Virus record (IMG/VR): IMGVR_UViG_3300031463_000004
Coordinates: 1 to 64,000 of that record
Reading direction: 5' to 3' (one strand)
Source of the DNA: a virus
DNA: 64,000 bases
In this document: piece by piece, positions 37,959 to 49,108 of the stretch
How positions within the stretch are numbered: position 1 is the stretch's first letter
Layout of the letters: each line of letters starts with the position of its first letter
Notes under the pieces: generated by a model
Database searches by the model: none
Seen by the model: the letters and a program-made list of their open reading frames with translations, nothing else
What the model was told of the DNA's origin: nothing
Made by a program: the position numbers and the translations under genes

Positions 37959-39464
37959 TCACAATTCGCCAGAATCAATCCACGTCAGGTTGTATCCTTC
38001 CGATTCATACACCGAGATACGTTCTAGGGTGTGACTGGACATGTAGAGGTCTTGGGCATCAAAGAAATCGAAGACGTCAACGTGCCCTTTACCATCTGTG
38101 TTCCTCATCCCCCGCCCTAATCTCTGAATCGTTCCGCTATGGTCACGTCCACCACCTGCGAGTATAAGGGTTCTTACGGACGGCAAGTCAACTCCTTTTT
38201 CGAGAATACGTGTGGCAATGAGAACATTTGTGTCCCCACGTCTGAACTTTTCCAGTTCAGATTTTCTGGTTTCAGACATAACGTCTCCATGTAAATACAC
38301 AACTGTTTTGTTCTCTCGAACTCTGGCGCGAATGAGTGTTTCTAATATCTTTCCATGATTGGATTTCGATTGGACGAGAATGAGTACTTTGTCTCTGGAC
38401 TCTGCAATCTTTGTTATTGCAGTATTTCTTCTCATGTTTTCGTGGATATTTCTTTTTACAGAATCAGAATACTTACACACGATGGAGTTTGAATTGGGAG
38501 GTGGAGTCCACCCATCGTATACAACAATGTGTATCCTCGGCTCGGCAAGAATGCCCTTGTTTACGAGTTCAATTGCAGGGATGTCTACAATGACTTCCCC
38601 GCATATTTCTATCAATTTCAGTGTATTTGTGTCTCCTCTGTGGTACGGAGTCGCACTGAGACCGTACCGGTAGTGAGCTTTCCTAAATGCTTGGATGACT
38701 CCGTAGAAACCATCGGATGTAGCCAAATGACACTCATCCGCAAACACAACGGACACTTGAGAAAGCCACTCCGATATGGGGGAATTTCGGAGTGACCATA
38801 TCTTGGTAAGGACCTGCCCTTTTGTGTCCCCCTTTTCACTTCGCTTTTCTTCTAGGGACTGTACGGTCGCAACACAGATGCGGCCAGAACCCACATCTGT
38901 AGCCCCACCACCAAAACACCACACATCCTCGTCGAGCAATCTGGACAGTTCTTCTCTGGCCTGGTAGAGCAAATCCAGGGAATCTACCAGAAAAACGGCC
39001 CTGTGTTCTTTGAGTACCTGGAGGATGATAGCGGCAACGGTAGTTTTCCCACCGCCTGTTGGCACCCGGATTGTCCCTCTGTGCTTCTGCAGCGCCGTCT
39101 TTGCGGCTTCCCACTGGAATGCGTAGGGTCCAGTTTCGCTTATATCTCTACCAGACAATCCTGGTGGGTGTCTGGGCACAGGGTCAAATTGTGGAACCCC
39201 AGAAATCGTTACTTGGTACCCTAAGAGACCACATTCCGATACAACTCTATCCAACAGACCAGTCGGGAATACACCGTTTGTGTGTACCGGACGCCTGTAG
39301 CCATCCCACTCCCCAGAAATATATGCGCGAGAAAACTCCGCACCATCAACACGTGTACATATTGTGTTCCGCAGATGCGTGATGAGGTGTATTTGACCCC
39401 CGTCCTGTGCCCGAAGACAGGACGTTGATGCCCCGTACCTTATCTCGACACGGCGACAACCCAC
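37959..39464 (-). CDS. Superfamily 2 helicase (UvsW-like)
   Basis: PTGGGKT, DECH, LSATP, QRLGRGMR. Confidence 0.9.
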   Translation of the reverse strand: MGCRRVEIRYGASTSCLRAQDGGQIHLITHLRNTICTRVDGAEFSRAYISGEWDGYRRPVHTNGVFPTGLLDRVVSECGLLGYQVTISGVPQFDPVPRHPPGLSGRDISETGPYAFQWEAAKTALQKHRGTIRVPTGGGKTTVAAIILQVLKEHRAVFLVDSLDLLYQAREELSRLLDEDVWCFGGGATDVGSGRICVATVQSLEEKRSEKGDTKGQVLTKIWSLRNSPISEWLSQVSVVFADECHLATSDGFYGVIQAFRKAHYRYGLSATPYHRGDTNTLKLIEICGEVIVDIPAIELVNKGILAEPRIHIVVYDGWTPPPNSNSIVCKYSDSVKRNIHENMRRNTAITKIAESRDKVLILVQSKSNHGKILETLIRARVRENKTVVYLHGDVMSETRKSELEKFRRGDTNVLIATRILEKGVDLPSVRTLILAGGGRDHSGTIQRLGRGMRNTDGKGHVDVFDFFDAQDLYMSSHTLERISVYESEGYNLTWIDSGEL

Positions 39465-39501
39465 GACAACTCCCCTGTGCTATAACACAGTGCTCGTGGT
39501 T

Positions 39502-42500
39502 CTAGGTCTGAGGTTGTGTAACAGTCACGTCAAATGGAATAGTTTTGGGCTGGCTTGGTTGTGCAAACACACCAACAAACCAGTTTCTGACTGGACCTGT
39601 CCCTGGAGCTATTGTTGCTGGGTGGAACTGAATCCGTTTCACGCCACCTCCAGCACTATCATCTTTCAAATCGTAATCATCTGGGGTATCAGGTAAGCTG
39701 TCTCGTCTCAAATAGATATATAGTGGGTCCCCGTTTACAGGTGTTACCTTAACGGTGACGAGATTGTTGCCACGGCTCTTGAACCAGAAATAGAACCATG
39801 TCCCAGCAGGAGACGCATTCATTGCGAGGTACCGTGGGAGAGTTGTGTTTTTCTTTATGTAAACAAACGGTATCGGTTCTGATGTGAAATCCTGACCCAC
39901 CAGATTCGCCCCAGATACTGTTGGTGTCAGATACGGCGGAGACAACATCTGCCACTCAGATACCTGACTACTCGGGTCGTATTCTGGGTCGAGTACATAG
40001 TACCCGTCAGGAACGTTCGGTATTGTATAATTCCCGTTGGTATCGGTTGTACCTACCGCAATTGGGGTGTCAGACCCATTGAACCTGTCGTACAATTCCA
40101 CGTTTATACCGGATACACCAATAGGGTATGTAGGTCTCCCGGAGTAGTAGAAGATTATGTAAGCGGAATCAATCTGTGCGGTTACTGGAGTCCCTATCCC
40201 ATCGACTCTAGAAGCAATAACTCCTATGCCATATTCCTTGGTACGAATGTCATCTGATGTCAAGGACCCTAGCCCAATCAGATCCGTTGGGCCTCCATAG
40301 GTGACCCATTCCCAACCGGAAGCACTCCAAGTATGACCAGGGTATTGAACTGGGTCATGTATAACCCCATTTTTGATGTGTCTCAAATTGGTTGTTACAC
40401 CACCTGGAACATCCGCAAGTACTCTCAGGTGCAGTTCTACACCAGTGATTTGGGTGCCTGGAGGTATGTCCGTTCCTACAGGCCACTTTAGTGCCAACAG
40501 ATTAGACTTAGGAGCCGGACCTGTTAGAGTCACGCTGGCTCCAAGACCGTCAGTCACTGCGACGTTATACCGGTATGACCATGGGACATATCCATAGCTA
40601 CTATTATTGTTATAGATAGTGAATTTATCAATACCATTGAATGTGATCGTTCCGGAAATTGTGTGGGATTGAGGTGGTTGGGTTGTCATATACTTGGTGT
40701 CGGTCTTTGTCACAACAGCGCCAACGGAATCGTGCGCAGTCATCGTAACGGTAAATGTCCCAGACGTAGTGTATGTATGTGTGATCTGATACCCAGTTAC
40801 TGTAGGAGATGTGTCTCCAAAGTCCCATGTGAATGTGTATGGAGGTGTACCACCAGACCCAGAAGCAGAGAATGTGACATCCACTGGTACAGTAGAACTG
40901 CTATGAATGTCTTCTGTGAACCATGCCTGTAATGGTGCTGTACCTCCGATATACTTTGTATCGGTCTTTGTGATTGATCCTCCAGCCGCATCCGTTGCTG
41001 TCATAGTAACCGTGAAAGCCCCACTTGCAGTATATGTATGAGAGGTTATAGACCCAGTTTGTGTCGGTGTAGTGTCCCCAAAATCCCACATGAAGTTGTA
41101 TGGGGGAGTGCCTCCCTCTGCGTATCCTGAGACCGTCACGGTCACTGGGTATGTTGGGCTACTGTGGATGTCTTCATAGAACCATGCTGTCATCGTACCA
41201 CTTGACCCAACTGTAAATGTCCACGTCGCTGGTGTGGATTCCTGTCCAGCATTATCCTTTGCTTTGACGTAGAACGTATATGTTCCGTACGGGAGGTTTG
41301 TGTACGTCTTCTGAGTGTCGTGGTTCCACGGGCCATAGTTCGACTCAGTTGGAAATAGATAGTAGGCATACAGAATATCTGCGTCTGGTGTTCTATCGTC
41401 GTGTCCGACCCATTTCAGGGTGGCGTCTCCTGTAGACCCCGGTGGTTGGCCACTTGCGGTCACTGTGATCACTGTCGGGGCAGAGAATACAATGGTGTTT
41501 GCAGTATCCGTAACCTTCAACCTGCAATTGTATGTCCCAGGAGTTGTGTACACATGGGACGTATTTTGATTTGGGGAGTCTGGTGTTCCGTCCCCAAATG
41601 ACCAGAGATAGGAATATGGTGGGGTCCCTCCACTCACATAGCCGGACGCTCCTACGGTGAGAGGAGCTGGTCCCGTTGTTGGTAGAACAGAAGTATTCAC
41701 GAGAAGACCGCCGCCACCACCAGACGATGTGACTGTTATGTTCAAGGTATTGGATTGCACGGAGAGAGGAGGCGAACTAGAGTCCGATACAGATAGCCGT
41801 ACTTGAAACGTCCCGATTGCTGTGTATTGATGTACTGGGTTCTGGTCTGAACTGTGGTTTGTGTCTCCTAGATCCCAGTCGTACGTGTATGGTGGGTTCC
41901 CACCACTCACCGTGCTTGTGAAGTGAACAGTGAGTGGGGATGGACCAGTCGTAACGTCCGATTGAATCGTTGCGTAGAACTGACCAGCTTGAGATACCGT
42001 AATCTGATGGGTCTTTACACTGGTCATTGACGTATACACGTCTCGTACCTGAAGAGAGGCCGTGTATGTACCAGGAGATATATATACGTGCGAGCAGTTC
42101 GGTGACGTGTTCCCTTGCGACCCATCCCCGAATTGCCATAGGTATTCGTAATGCCCACTACCCGTAACGGATACTGTCTGAAAGTTTACGCCTAGTGGCG
42201 CAGGCCCAGTGTCAGGACTTACACTGATCTCAAAGTCGAGATTTCCCTGGTTTACAATTACAGTCGTGTATTCTGGGGTCGCTATGCTAACGTTGCCAAC
42301 AGAATCAATCGCGGCCTCTCTAATCTCATAAGTTCCAGGATTTGTGTATATGTGGTAGCCAGTGACAGTACCATCAGTCACATACGTTACACTTGTCCCA
42401 TCACCAAAATCTATGATTTCCGTGTAAGGTGGTGTCCCGAATGCACAATTTGTGCTGTAGGATACGGAGAGTGGAGCGTACCCCGTTAGTGGACTTCCGG

Positions 42501-43314
42501 CGAACAGTATGCTAAATGTTCCAGGATTTTGTTTCGTTACTGTTATTCTGATGCTCTGTTCCCCTGTCCGTCCTGTAGAGTCCGTGACAGTCATCTTTGC
42601 TGCGTATATTCCAATAGATGAATACGTATGTGTGGGTATCGGTGTCCCATTCACCGGAGCACTGCCATCCCCAGGGTCGAATGAATACGTATATGGCGGT
42701 GTCCCGGATTGAACTGTGGTTGTAAACGAAACATTTAGTGGGACTGCACCAGATACAACAGACGATGTGAATGTGAAATCAATAGCGTGGACGGTATACC
42801 ACACCGTCATAGTGACTTGATCAATGTAGGCTGTTGCATTGGGTGGTCTTGATGCATCAGCAGATATCTGGATGGCAACGCCTGACGAAGGAGATAATAG
42901 TTGGCTCGGAGTAAGTACCAACCCCCACAAATCTGTAGACCCACCATGACCTCGTATCTGGTTGGTCTCAGGCCAAAACCCTACGTCTGCTCTATTAGCA
43001 GAAGTTTTTATTTGGTTGTTTATAACCAAATATACAGAATTATCTCGGATCAGCCCACCCTGTGACTCTTTGCACAGTATGTCTATCTGTACTCCACTTA
43101 TCTCTGCGTTTGATGGTATCGGATCCCCAACAGGACCTAGGCACATCAGATAGTTAGATATTGGACTCGATTGTGGGTTGCTATTCACAAAACATGTGGC
43201 GTATTGTCCGTTTGCAGTTTTTGCATTGTCGGGGTTCGCCCACGGCTGATACCCAGATGTTGTGTTGTTGGTTATCGTGCTGAATGTATATGTTTTGTAC
43301 GACGTTACTGGCAT
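39502..43314 (-). CDS. Large PKD-repeat virion fibre/adhesin
   Basis: About seven PKD modules (GGxPPYxYxWxFGDG), Y_Y_Y-like module, duplicated jelly-roll-like domain, C-terminal beta domain. Confidence 0.8.
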   Translation of the reverse strand: MPVTSYKTYTFSTITNNTTSGYQPWANPDNAKTANGQYATCFVNSNPQSSPISNYLMCLGPVGDPIPSNAEISGVQIDILCKESQGGLIRDNSVYLVINNQIKTSANRADVGFWPETNQIRGHGGSTDLWGLVLTPSQLLSPSSGVAIQISADASRPPNATAYIDQVTMTVWYTVHAIDFTFTSSVVSGAVPLNVSFTTTVQSGTPPYTYSFDPGDGSAPVNGTPIPTHTYSSIGIYAAKMTVTDSTGRTGEQSIRITVTKQNPGTFSILFAGSPLTGYAPLSVSYSTNCAFGTPPYTEIIDFGDGTSVTYVTDGTVTGYHIYTNPGTYEIREAAIDSVGNVSIATPEYTTVIVNQGNLDFEISVSPDTGPAPLGVNFQTVSVTGSGHYEYLWQFGDGSQGNTSPNCSHVYISPGTYTASLQVRDVYTSMTSVKTHQITVSQAGQFYATIQSDVTTGPSPLTVHFTSTVSGGNPPYTYDWDLGDTNHSSDQNPVHQYTAIGTFQVRLSVSDSSSPPLSVQSNTLNITVTSSGGGGGLLVNTSVLPTTGPAPLTVGASGYVSGGTPPYSYLWSFGDGTPDSPNQNTSHVYTTPGTYNCRLKVTDTANTIVFSAPTVITVTASGQPPGSTGDATLKWVGHDDRTPDADILYAYYLFPTESNYGPWNHDTQKTYTNLPYGTYTFYVKAKDNAGQESTPATWTFTVGSSGTMTAWFYEDIHSSPTYPVTVTVSGYAEGGTPPYNFMWDFGDTTPTQTGSITSHTYTASGAFTVTMTATDAAGGSITKTDTKYIGGTAPLQAWFTEDIHSSSTVPVDVTFSASGSGGTPPYTFTWDFGDTSPTVTGYQITHTYTTSGTFTVTMTAHDSVGAVVTKTDTKYMTTQPPQSHTISGTITFNGIDKFTIYNNNSSYGYVPWSYRYNVAVTDGLGASVTLTGPAPKSNLLALKWPVGTDIPPGTQITGVELHLRVLADVPGGVTTNLRHIKNGVIHDPVQYPGHTWSASGWEWVTYGGPTDLIGLGSLTSDDIRTKEYGIGVIASRVDGIGTPVTAQIDSAYIIFYYSGRPTYPIGVSGINVELYDRFNGSDTPIAVGTTDTNGNYTIPNVPDGYYVLDPEYDPSSQVSEWQMLSPPYLTPTVSGANLVGQDFTSEPIPFVYIKKNTTLPRYLAMNASPAGTWFYFWFKSRGNNLVTVKVTPVNGDPLYIYLRRDSLPDTPDDYDLKDDSAGGGVKRIQFHPATIAPGTGPVRNWFVGVFAQPSQPKTIPFDVTVTQPQT

Positions 43315-43330
43315 TTTGGCCTCACAAGAA

Positions 43331-45346
43331 TCATGGGGTTCCTGAACAATCTATTGCCTGTAGTGTCATCCCGATCTGAGTAGACCCTCTTGCTCCTATG
43401 GAGTCTTCCACAGAACATATGATTTGGAATGCCCCTCCCCCAGCGTATTGCGGTGGCTCAAAGAACACAGATATGCTTGTGTCTGTGACCTGTGACACTA
43501 CTGTCTTATTGACTGTATATCCAGTGTTTACAACCACTGTCACAGTGATAGTTAGTGGGGGTACCCCACCGTGTATAGTAACGTCACACGTGTACAGAGC
43601 GAGATGCTCAAGACAATCTCTATCGAAACTATCAATATTGACCAGCAAGGTACTCCCACCACCGCCGCCTCCTCCCCCACCTCCAGTTCCGCCTGGTCCT
43701 TCTGTGATTGTCACAGTTGGTGGTTCGTCGGACACAAGTTCTGGGTTTACACAGGTTCTTGGATCTGGCTGTGCTGGAAGTAGAACATCAGCAGGGATAT
43801 TGTATGCTGGAATATAGGGTAATGGTTCTCCACACCGATGTGAGAGAAACCATCTGATCTTGTCTCCAGGTAGCCCAAAGAATAGAACCCGATATGGGCC
43901 TACCCACGTACCCAGAAACCTGTCCTTTCCACCGTAGTCGCGGACTTCTAGCTCCATCAGTGTGTCGTAACTCACTCCACTGATGTAGAAGCGTATACCT
44001 CTTGCATCCGTTGCTGTGGGGAATCCGAAACTTACCGTCCTCGCATCTACCCATTTAAGTTTGTCTGTGTCATCTGTCCATGACTGTATTTTCTGGGATC
44101 TAGTGTCTGTCCCAGAGCTCTCATTCGGGAATTTCTCATCTGGAGGTTGTCCTGTTGAGAACGGGTTCTTAGCAAGTATGTGATTATTTCTACCTGATGT
44201 GTACGTTCCAGACTTTATTCTCAGATAGGTTCCGTTTACGTCTCCACCACTACTACCATCTGGGTCTGTGAGACCGAATCCAAGTTTGTCCGGGTACGCA
44301 GCACTCTTGAATCCACAGATTTCTGGATTACCAGACCCTAGGACGCGGAGAACCAGGCCACCGTCAGACCCGTCCTTTGTCAAATAGTTCAGCGTTGTGC
44401 CAGTTTTCCCTCTGGCTGCGACATTTAAAACGAATACTGTTGGGTCATCTTTAAGAGGGAATCCCCATATGTAAAGGTTTCTCTTGAGTGCCCCATCCAC
44501 AAACCACTGATCCGAGAAAATCGGAGCCATCTCCAGGAAGGGTAAGAGTGTATTGTGACGCCCTGAGATAACAAAAATAGGATTCTCTATCAGAGGTCCC
44601 TGAGCATTCTCGCTCAGATACTCTTTTTCTCTGTTGGCTATTGGATATTCCATCAATTGCTCGCGGCTATATGTCGGGCAATCAATGAACATCAGATTCT
44701 TTGTGGTTAGATTCTGCCCACATCCAATTTCTTGATTCAGTGTTGTAGAGGCTTGCGCCCCTACAGAGTCAGTCACAGTAAGCGTGACAACATAAGGCCC
44801 AAGACCCTGGTAAGTGTGAACTGGGTTGGCCTCGTCTGAAGTTTGACCGTCCCCGAAATCCCATAGATATGTATAGGGTGGTGTGCCTCCTGTGACTACC
44901 GATGTGAATGTCACTTCTATAGGAGGAACATTTCCCTCACACGACCATGTCGCAGAAGCATCAACAGCCAACCCCAGGCAAAGAATGGTCTGGGCAAATG
45001 CTGTATCTGTATCCGGATTCCAATTTACCGTGTAGTCTCCAATATTTACGTACCGTAGAAGGATAGTAGTGTACCCAGAATCGGTGCTACCGCCGGTTGT
45101 TTTTCCGGTTACAGTAACTGAGATGCTCCATTCGTCACTAGACGAATTCGGAAGAGAAGCACTCGTGTATGTGTGGTATACAGTTTGGCTTCCACCAGGA
45201 TGATATTCTGTTGGAGTCCCATCGTCAAAATATACAGTCGCACCAAGGTTTGTATATGTACCCCCAACGGAGATGCTGAGAGCAATCTGATAGGGTACGG
45301 AGGGTATCCACTCTGTATCTAGAGATAGACTAACTGGTATGGACAT
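43331..45346 (-). CDS. PKD-containing virion protein
   Basis: GGTPPYTYLWDFGDG; domain shared with 49109-52900; poly-Gly linker. Confidence 0.75.
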   Translation of the reverse strand: MSIPVSLSLDTEWIPSVPYQIALSISVGGTYTNLGATVYFDDGTPTEYHPGGSQTVYHTYTSASLPNSSSDEWSISVTVTGKTTGGSTDSGYTTILLRYVNIGDYTVNWNPDTDTAFAQTILCLGLAVDASATWSCEGNVPPIEVTFTSVVTGGTPPYTYLWDFGDGQTSDEANPVHTYQGLGPYVVTLTVTDSVGAQASTTLNQEIGCGQNLTTKNLMFIDCPTYSREQLMEYPIANREKEYLSENAQGPLIENPIFVISGRHNTLLPFLEMAPIFSDQWFVDGALKRNLYIWGFPLKDDPTVFVLNVAARGKTGTTLNYLTKDGSDGGLVLRVLGSGNPEICGFKSAAYPDKLGFGLTDPDGSSGGDVNGTYLRIKSGTYTSGRNNHILAKNPFSTGQPPDEKFPNESSGTDTRSQKIQSWTDDTDKLKWVDARTVSFGFPTATDARGIRFYISGVSYDTLMELEVRDYGGKDRFLGTWVGPYRVLFFGLPGDKIRWFLSHRCGEPLPYIPAYNIPADVLLPAQPDPRTCVNPELVSDEPPTVTITEGPGGTGGGGGGGGGGSTLLVNIDSFDRDCLEHLALYTCDVTIHGGVPPLTITVTVVVNTGYTVNKTVVSQVTDTSISVFFEPPQYAGGGAFQIICSVEDSIGARGSTQIGMTLQAIDCSGTP

Positions 45347-45364
45347 AGATATCTCCAGTCTGTG

Positions 45365-46735
45365 TTACGTTATCACAAGGGGCACATTCGTAATTGTATC
45401 GAATTGTACTGAAATACCAGGAGGTGTACTGAACGTTATCCCTGGGTCTTCAAACGGATTACAATTCTCGGCAGATATCTCAAGATCATCATTGAGCTGA
45501 TAAAGGATTGCTCCTACATATTGTGATGGAGGAATCGTCGTTAGCTGTACTACACCGATTCCTTCGGTTCTGTACCGGCCAAAAATTCCGGCTACCTGTC
45601 CTTGGGGGTTTCCATAGGGGCTTAGCATGGATCGCTTCAATCTACGCACCTTGAGAACAGACCCGCTGCTCTTATCCAGTTTAATGATAGTAAGTTTGTC
45701 ATTATTATTCCCACTTATAGCTGAAACAAATATATCTCCATTACTGTTAGAACCGATACCAATCTCCGGATTAGCCACAATCGTGGAATTTGTACCATCA
45801 TAAAGACACTTATACCAAGCTAAAGTACCATCTGCATTCAGTTTCACTACGATAGGAAAGTATCCATAAGTATAACTGCTATATATAGAGATAAATACAA
45901 GTTCTGAATTAGCTGTAACGTGTGTCGCCGGGTCTCCGAAATAATTGTTACTCGGTGCGTTTAAGTTCTTCGGGTATATCCCATTCGTTCTGACGAGTGT
46001 GGCAGATTTTGTATCTATCCGTAGGAGTATTGGTCGACTAGAACCAAGTAGAACGTTCCTAATGTCACCAGTCCCAAATATTATTGGGGTACTCGAAATG
46101 TATTGAGTGCTTCCGGCATACGGAGCTGGTAAGCTGCTCAGCCCTTTCCAGATTCTGATCCAAGTATCTGGATTGGATGGGTCCATATGGAAAGCATTTG
46201 TTGTTTTGACGAAGCCGATTGCCGTCGAACCACCACTGGACCTAGAAGATAGTAGGTAGCATAGAAATCTGTGCCCGCTATCTAACGTACGATAAGACCC
46301 ATGCTCCCCGGAGGAACTAGTATCAGAGTGAGCTGTATATACTCTTTTCTGTGTAATGATGTTCAGTGTGGTTGGGCTCAGTTCTGCGAATACACACCCC
46401 GTCTGGTGATTACCGTCAACGAATCCTATGTGAGTCTCGACTCTTCCAGTGCTCTCATTGTAGAACAAATGAGTCCCTTGGGACAGGATGTATAACAAGG
46501 CAGCTTGATCACTGTTATCTGCTTCAACATACCGTGCCGCTTTTACCGTGGCTGTGGCCTTATCAATCAGTAAGAATAGTGGTCTCTCCCTAACGTTGCT
46601 CGCTGTTACCTGATAGTGGTTGCTGAGAGCGACTATCACATCTCCTGATGGTAGTTCTTCTGCACACATATGGTCATGATAATCGTCGAAATTCGGGCTA
46701 TCTGTTCGGTAAACTCTAACTGACCGAGTAATCAC
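45365..46735 (-). CDS. Beta-rich (propeller-like) virion protein
   Basis: VVKLNADGTLAW / IIKLDKSSGSV repeats; position in tail module. Confidence 0.55.
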   Translation of the reverse strand: MITRSVRVYRTDSPNFDDYHDHMCAEELPSGDVIVALSNHYQVTASNVRERPLFLLIDKATATVKAARYVEADNSDQAALLYILSQGTHLFYNESTGRVETHIGFVDGNHQTGCVFAELSPTTLNIITQKRVYTAHSDTSSSGEHGSYRTLDSGHRFLCYLLSSRSSGGSTAIGFVKTTNAFHMDPSNPDTWIRIWKGLSSLPAPYAGSTQYISSTPIIFGTGDIRNVLLGSSRPILLRIDTKSATLVRTNGIYPKNLNAPSNNYFGDPATHVTANSELVFISIYSSYTYGYFPIVVKLNADGTLAWYKCLYDGTNSTIVANPEIGIGSNSNGDIFVSAISGNNNDKLTIIKLDKSSGSVLKVRRLKRSMLSPYGNPQGQVAGIFGRYRTEGIGVVQLTTIPPSQYVGAILYQLNDDLEISAENCNPFEDPGITFSTPPGISVQFDTITNVPLVIT

Positions 46736-46736
46736 G

Positions 46737-49097
46737 TTAAGAACCTCCAGGGTATGTTACATCAGGTGGTGTTACATCTAAGACTGAGCCAAATGCCTCG
46801 ATCACCCGTACCACAGGTACGAAATCCTTATCTCCATTCCTAATATAGGAGATAAGGTCCATCAAGTCTTGAGGGTATCCCTTATCGGACTTGGATAGTA
46901 CAATCACGCCGGGGGTAAGACCACCATATACGGAGTACATTGTGTCTGTCTCTGCAAGACCGAATACGCCACGGCATAGAACCTCGCCGCTCGTTCCTAC
47001 TGGGATGTCCCGTGGGTACACCACTCCAAGTACTTGAACCTGGTCCAGGTCATCTACGGGTAGAGCATCGTTCTGAGCGATAGCGTTATATGCCTTCCCA
47101 TCCGAGTGCTTGATATACACAATATCGCCACGGACTAAGGATTCTCCTGCCGTTACTGTCACTGTAATCGTTCCGCCAGTGTGGACTATACTCGTTTCTT
47201 GGTTTTCTGAACTCATATTCTGTGAAATGTTTGTCTGTCTGAGATCTTTGAATGTGTTCAATTTGTACGCCCCTGACGAATCAACAACGAATGAGAATAC
47301 AGGGAGTTCCCTTCCTATGTCTACTCCCTCAGAACTGGTAATGATACCGTAGTAACTGCTAGACGCGCCAGATACCTGGACTGACCGTACGAAACTGTAG
47401 AAATTCTTTGTCTCTGCGTAGAACCCTACCCAATCCCCGCCTCCGGTTCCAAGCCCTGGTCGCACTTCATGCCTGGAAGAGGAACTTACTTGAATTACTT
47501 CTGTTGCTAAAATACCACCATCCGTATACCCGGTGACAGCCAGGGTAGCCGAAGCCCCAGTAGAACTTGAATCGTTTGTTACCCAGATTTGGATATGTGC
47601 TGGAGTTGTCGGCTGTTTGGTAGGGTATATCTTACCAAGAGAGGCTAAGCCCGAGATGGTATTCACCGGGACAAGGATGTTTGGTTTCTGCCTCGTGTAC
47701 CCACTCCGGTCTAAATAGAATATCTTCTCCCCAGGGAAATGTGCCTGGAAATCGAGGGTAGCGATTGAGCATGGCAAAGTTTGGAATGCCCTTGTACCTA
47801 TAGCAACCATCTCTTTCTCTAGAGGCTGGTGTATCACTACACGGTTTGGTGTGGTTGTCTCATCCAAGTTCGGTTCGCAGTTATTAACCCAACCATATGT
47901 CACTGTGAATGTGATGTTCGCAGGGATACCACGTGCGTCTCCAACAGATAGATACCGTTTGTATGGAACAATTTTTGCAAATGTTGTGTAATTCTTTCCA
48001 TTCGACCCTATGATGGCCAATATCTTATAGGGGAAGTGCGTCAGACCACGGAAAGGGCCACCTGCGCTATCTGAGCCTCTCGTCAGAAAGAAACTATTCG
48101 GGAGACCTGTATAAGACCCGTCAACATCCGTCACCATCTTGACGTCGGTCTCTGTGTAAATATCCCCAAATCTCGTTTCTGAAGAAGACCAGGATGCCCC
48201 TACATTGTATGTTCTTCTTACAACGAATCTGGATGGGAATGATTCAAGTACCGCGTCCTTTACTTTCGTATCGGTTCTTAGTTGGACATCTATCAGACTA
48301 TGCTCGGGCCGTACTGTCTGATACGGCCATCCTAATGATGGGAGTGTGTGTAAATATGATCCCAGAACATAAATAGAGTCCTCTTTTAGACCTCCATTTA
48401 TAGGATATAGAAGACCGATAGGTACACACCGGTTCGACAGAATTGCATCTTTCAGAAAGCCTGGGATAGACGCATTGCTTCCTGTCTCTAAGAGCGTGGT
48501 GTGGTCTCTCATTGTGACCACAGCCACGGCTGCACCTTCAATGGCCTCCGACTGCACAATAGTCCCAGATACTGTGATAGTCGGTGATGCTGACTGTTCC
48601 TTGTACACAATCAAAACGACATTCGGTTCGGATAGAGACCCAAGTAGAAGAGAGTTCCCTAGTGTGTCCTTAAAAATTGGATAACCTGGGCTCGTAGCTG
48701 AAACAGGAACGACAAGGGGGAGTTCCCCAGAATCCTTCTTGACGACTACCCCGGACTCGTTCGGGAAATACGCACTGGTGGGCAGCTCCGTATCTGAATC
48801 CGGGACGGAATCCTGCAATACTCTTATTCTGAGATATTCTGTCTTCCTGTATGTAATTGCCCCGATTGTTTCATCCTTTATCGCTTTCGTGTAGGCAACT
48901 CCAGAAGTGAGAATGAATGTATTGCTATCATTGTAACGCAGGAGGAGATTCTGTCTCGCGTTCACAATTCCAGGAGATGTGATACCGGAATGAAGTTGTT
49001 GGAGTGAAGTTTCCCACGCCCGTTTCTCTGTGTAGAGAACATTCGGCGTGACTATCTGCCCGCCCTTTAGCCATCGCGTCCCGTGAAAGTCAGGCAT
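46737..49097 (-). CDS. Tail/baseplate structural protein, paralog of the next gene
   Basis: Shared motifs GTRW, GNSLLLG, THFP, QPLExEMV, PGLG..DW. Confidence 0.7.
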   Translation of the reverse strand: MPDFHGTRWLKGGQIVTPNVLYTEKRAWETSLQQLHSGITSPGIVNARQNLLLRYNDSNTFILTSGVAYTKAIKDETIGAITYRKTEYLRIRVLQDSVPDSDTELPTSAYFPNESGVVVKKDSGELPLVVPVSATSPGYPIFKDTLGNSLLLGSLSEPNVVLIVYKEQSASPTITVSGTIVQSEAIEGAAVAVVTMRDHTTLLETGSNASIPGFLKDAILSNRCVPIGLLYPINGGLKEDSIYVLGSYLHTLPSLGWPYQTVRPEHSLIDVQLRTDTKVKDAVLESFPSRFVVRRTYNVGASWSSSETRFGDIYTETDVKMVTDVDGSYTGLPNSFFLTRGSDSAGGPFRGLTHFPYKILAIIGSNGKNYTTFAKIVPYKRYLSVGDARGIPANITFTVTYGWVNNCEPNLDETTTPNRVVIHQPLEKEMVAIGTRAFQTLPCSIATLDFQAHFPGEKIFYLDRSGYTRQKPNILVPVNTISGLASLGKIYPTKQPTTPAHIQIWVTNDSSSTGASATLAVTGYTDGGILATEVIQVSSSSRHEVRPGLGTGGGDWVGFYAETKNFYSFVRSVQVSGASSSYYGIITSSEGVDIGRELPVFSFVVDSSGAYKLNTFKDLRQTNISQNMSSENQETSIVHTGGTITVTVTAGESLVRGDIVYIKHSDGKAYNAIAQNDALPVDDLDQVQVLGVVYPRDIPVGTSGEVLCRGVFGLAETDTMYSVYGGLTPGVIVLSKSDKGYPQDLMDLISYIRNGDKDFVPVVRVIEAFGSVLDVTPPDVTYPGGS

Positions 49098-49108
49098 TGC
49101 TATCTCAC

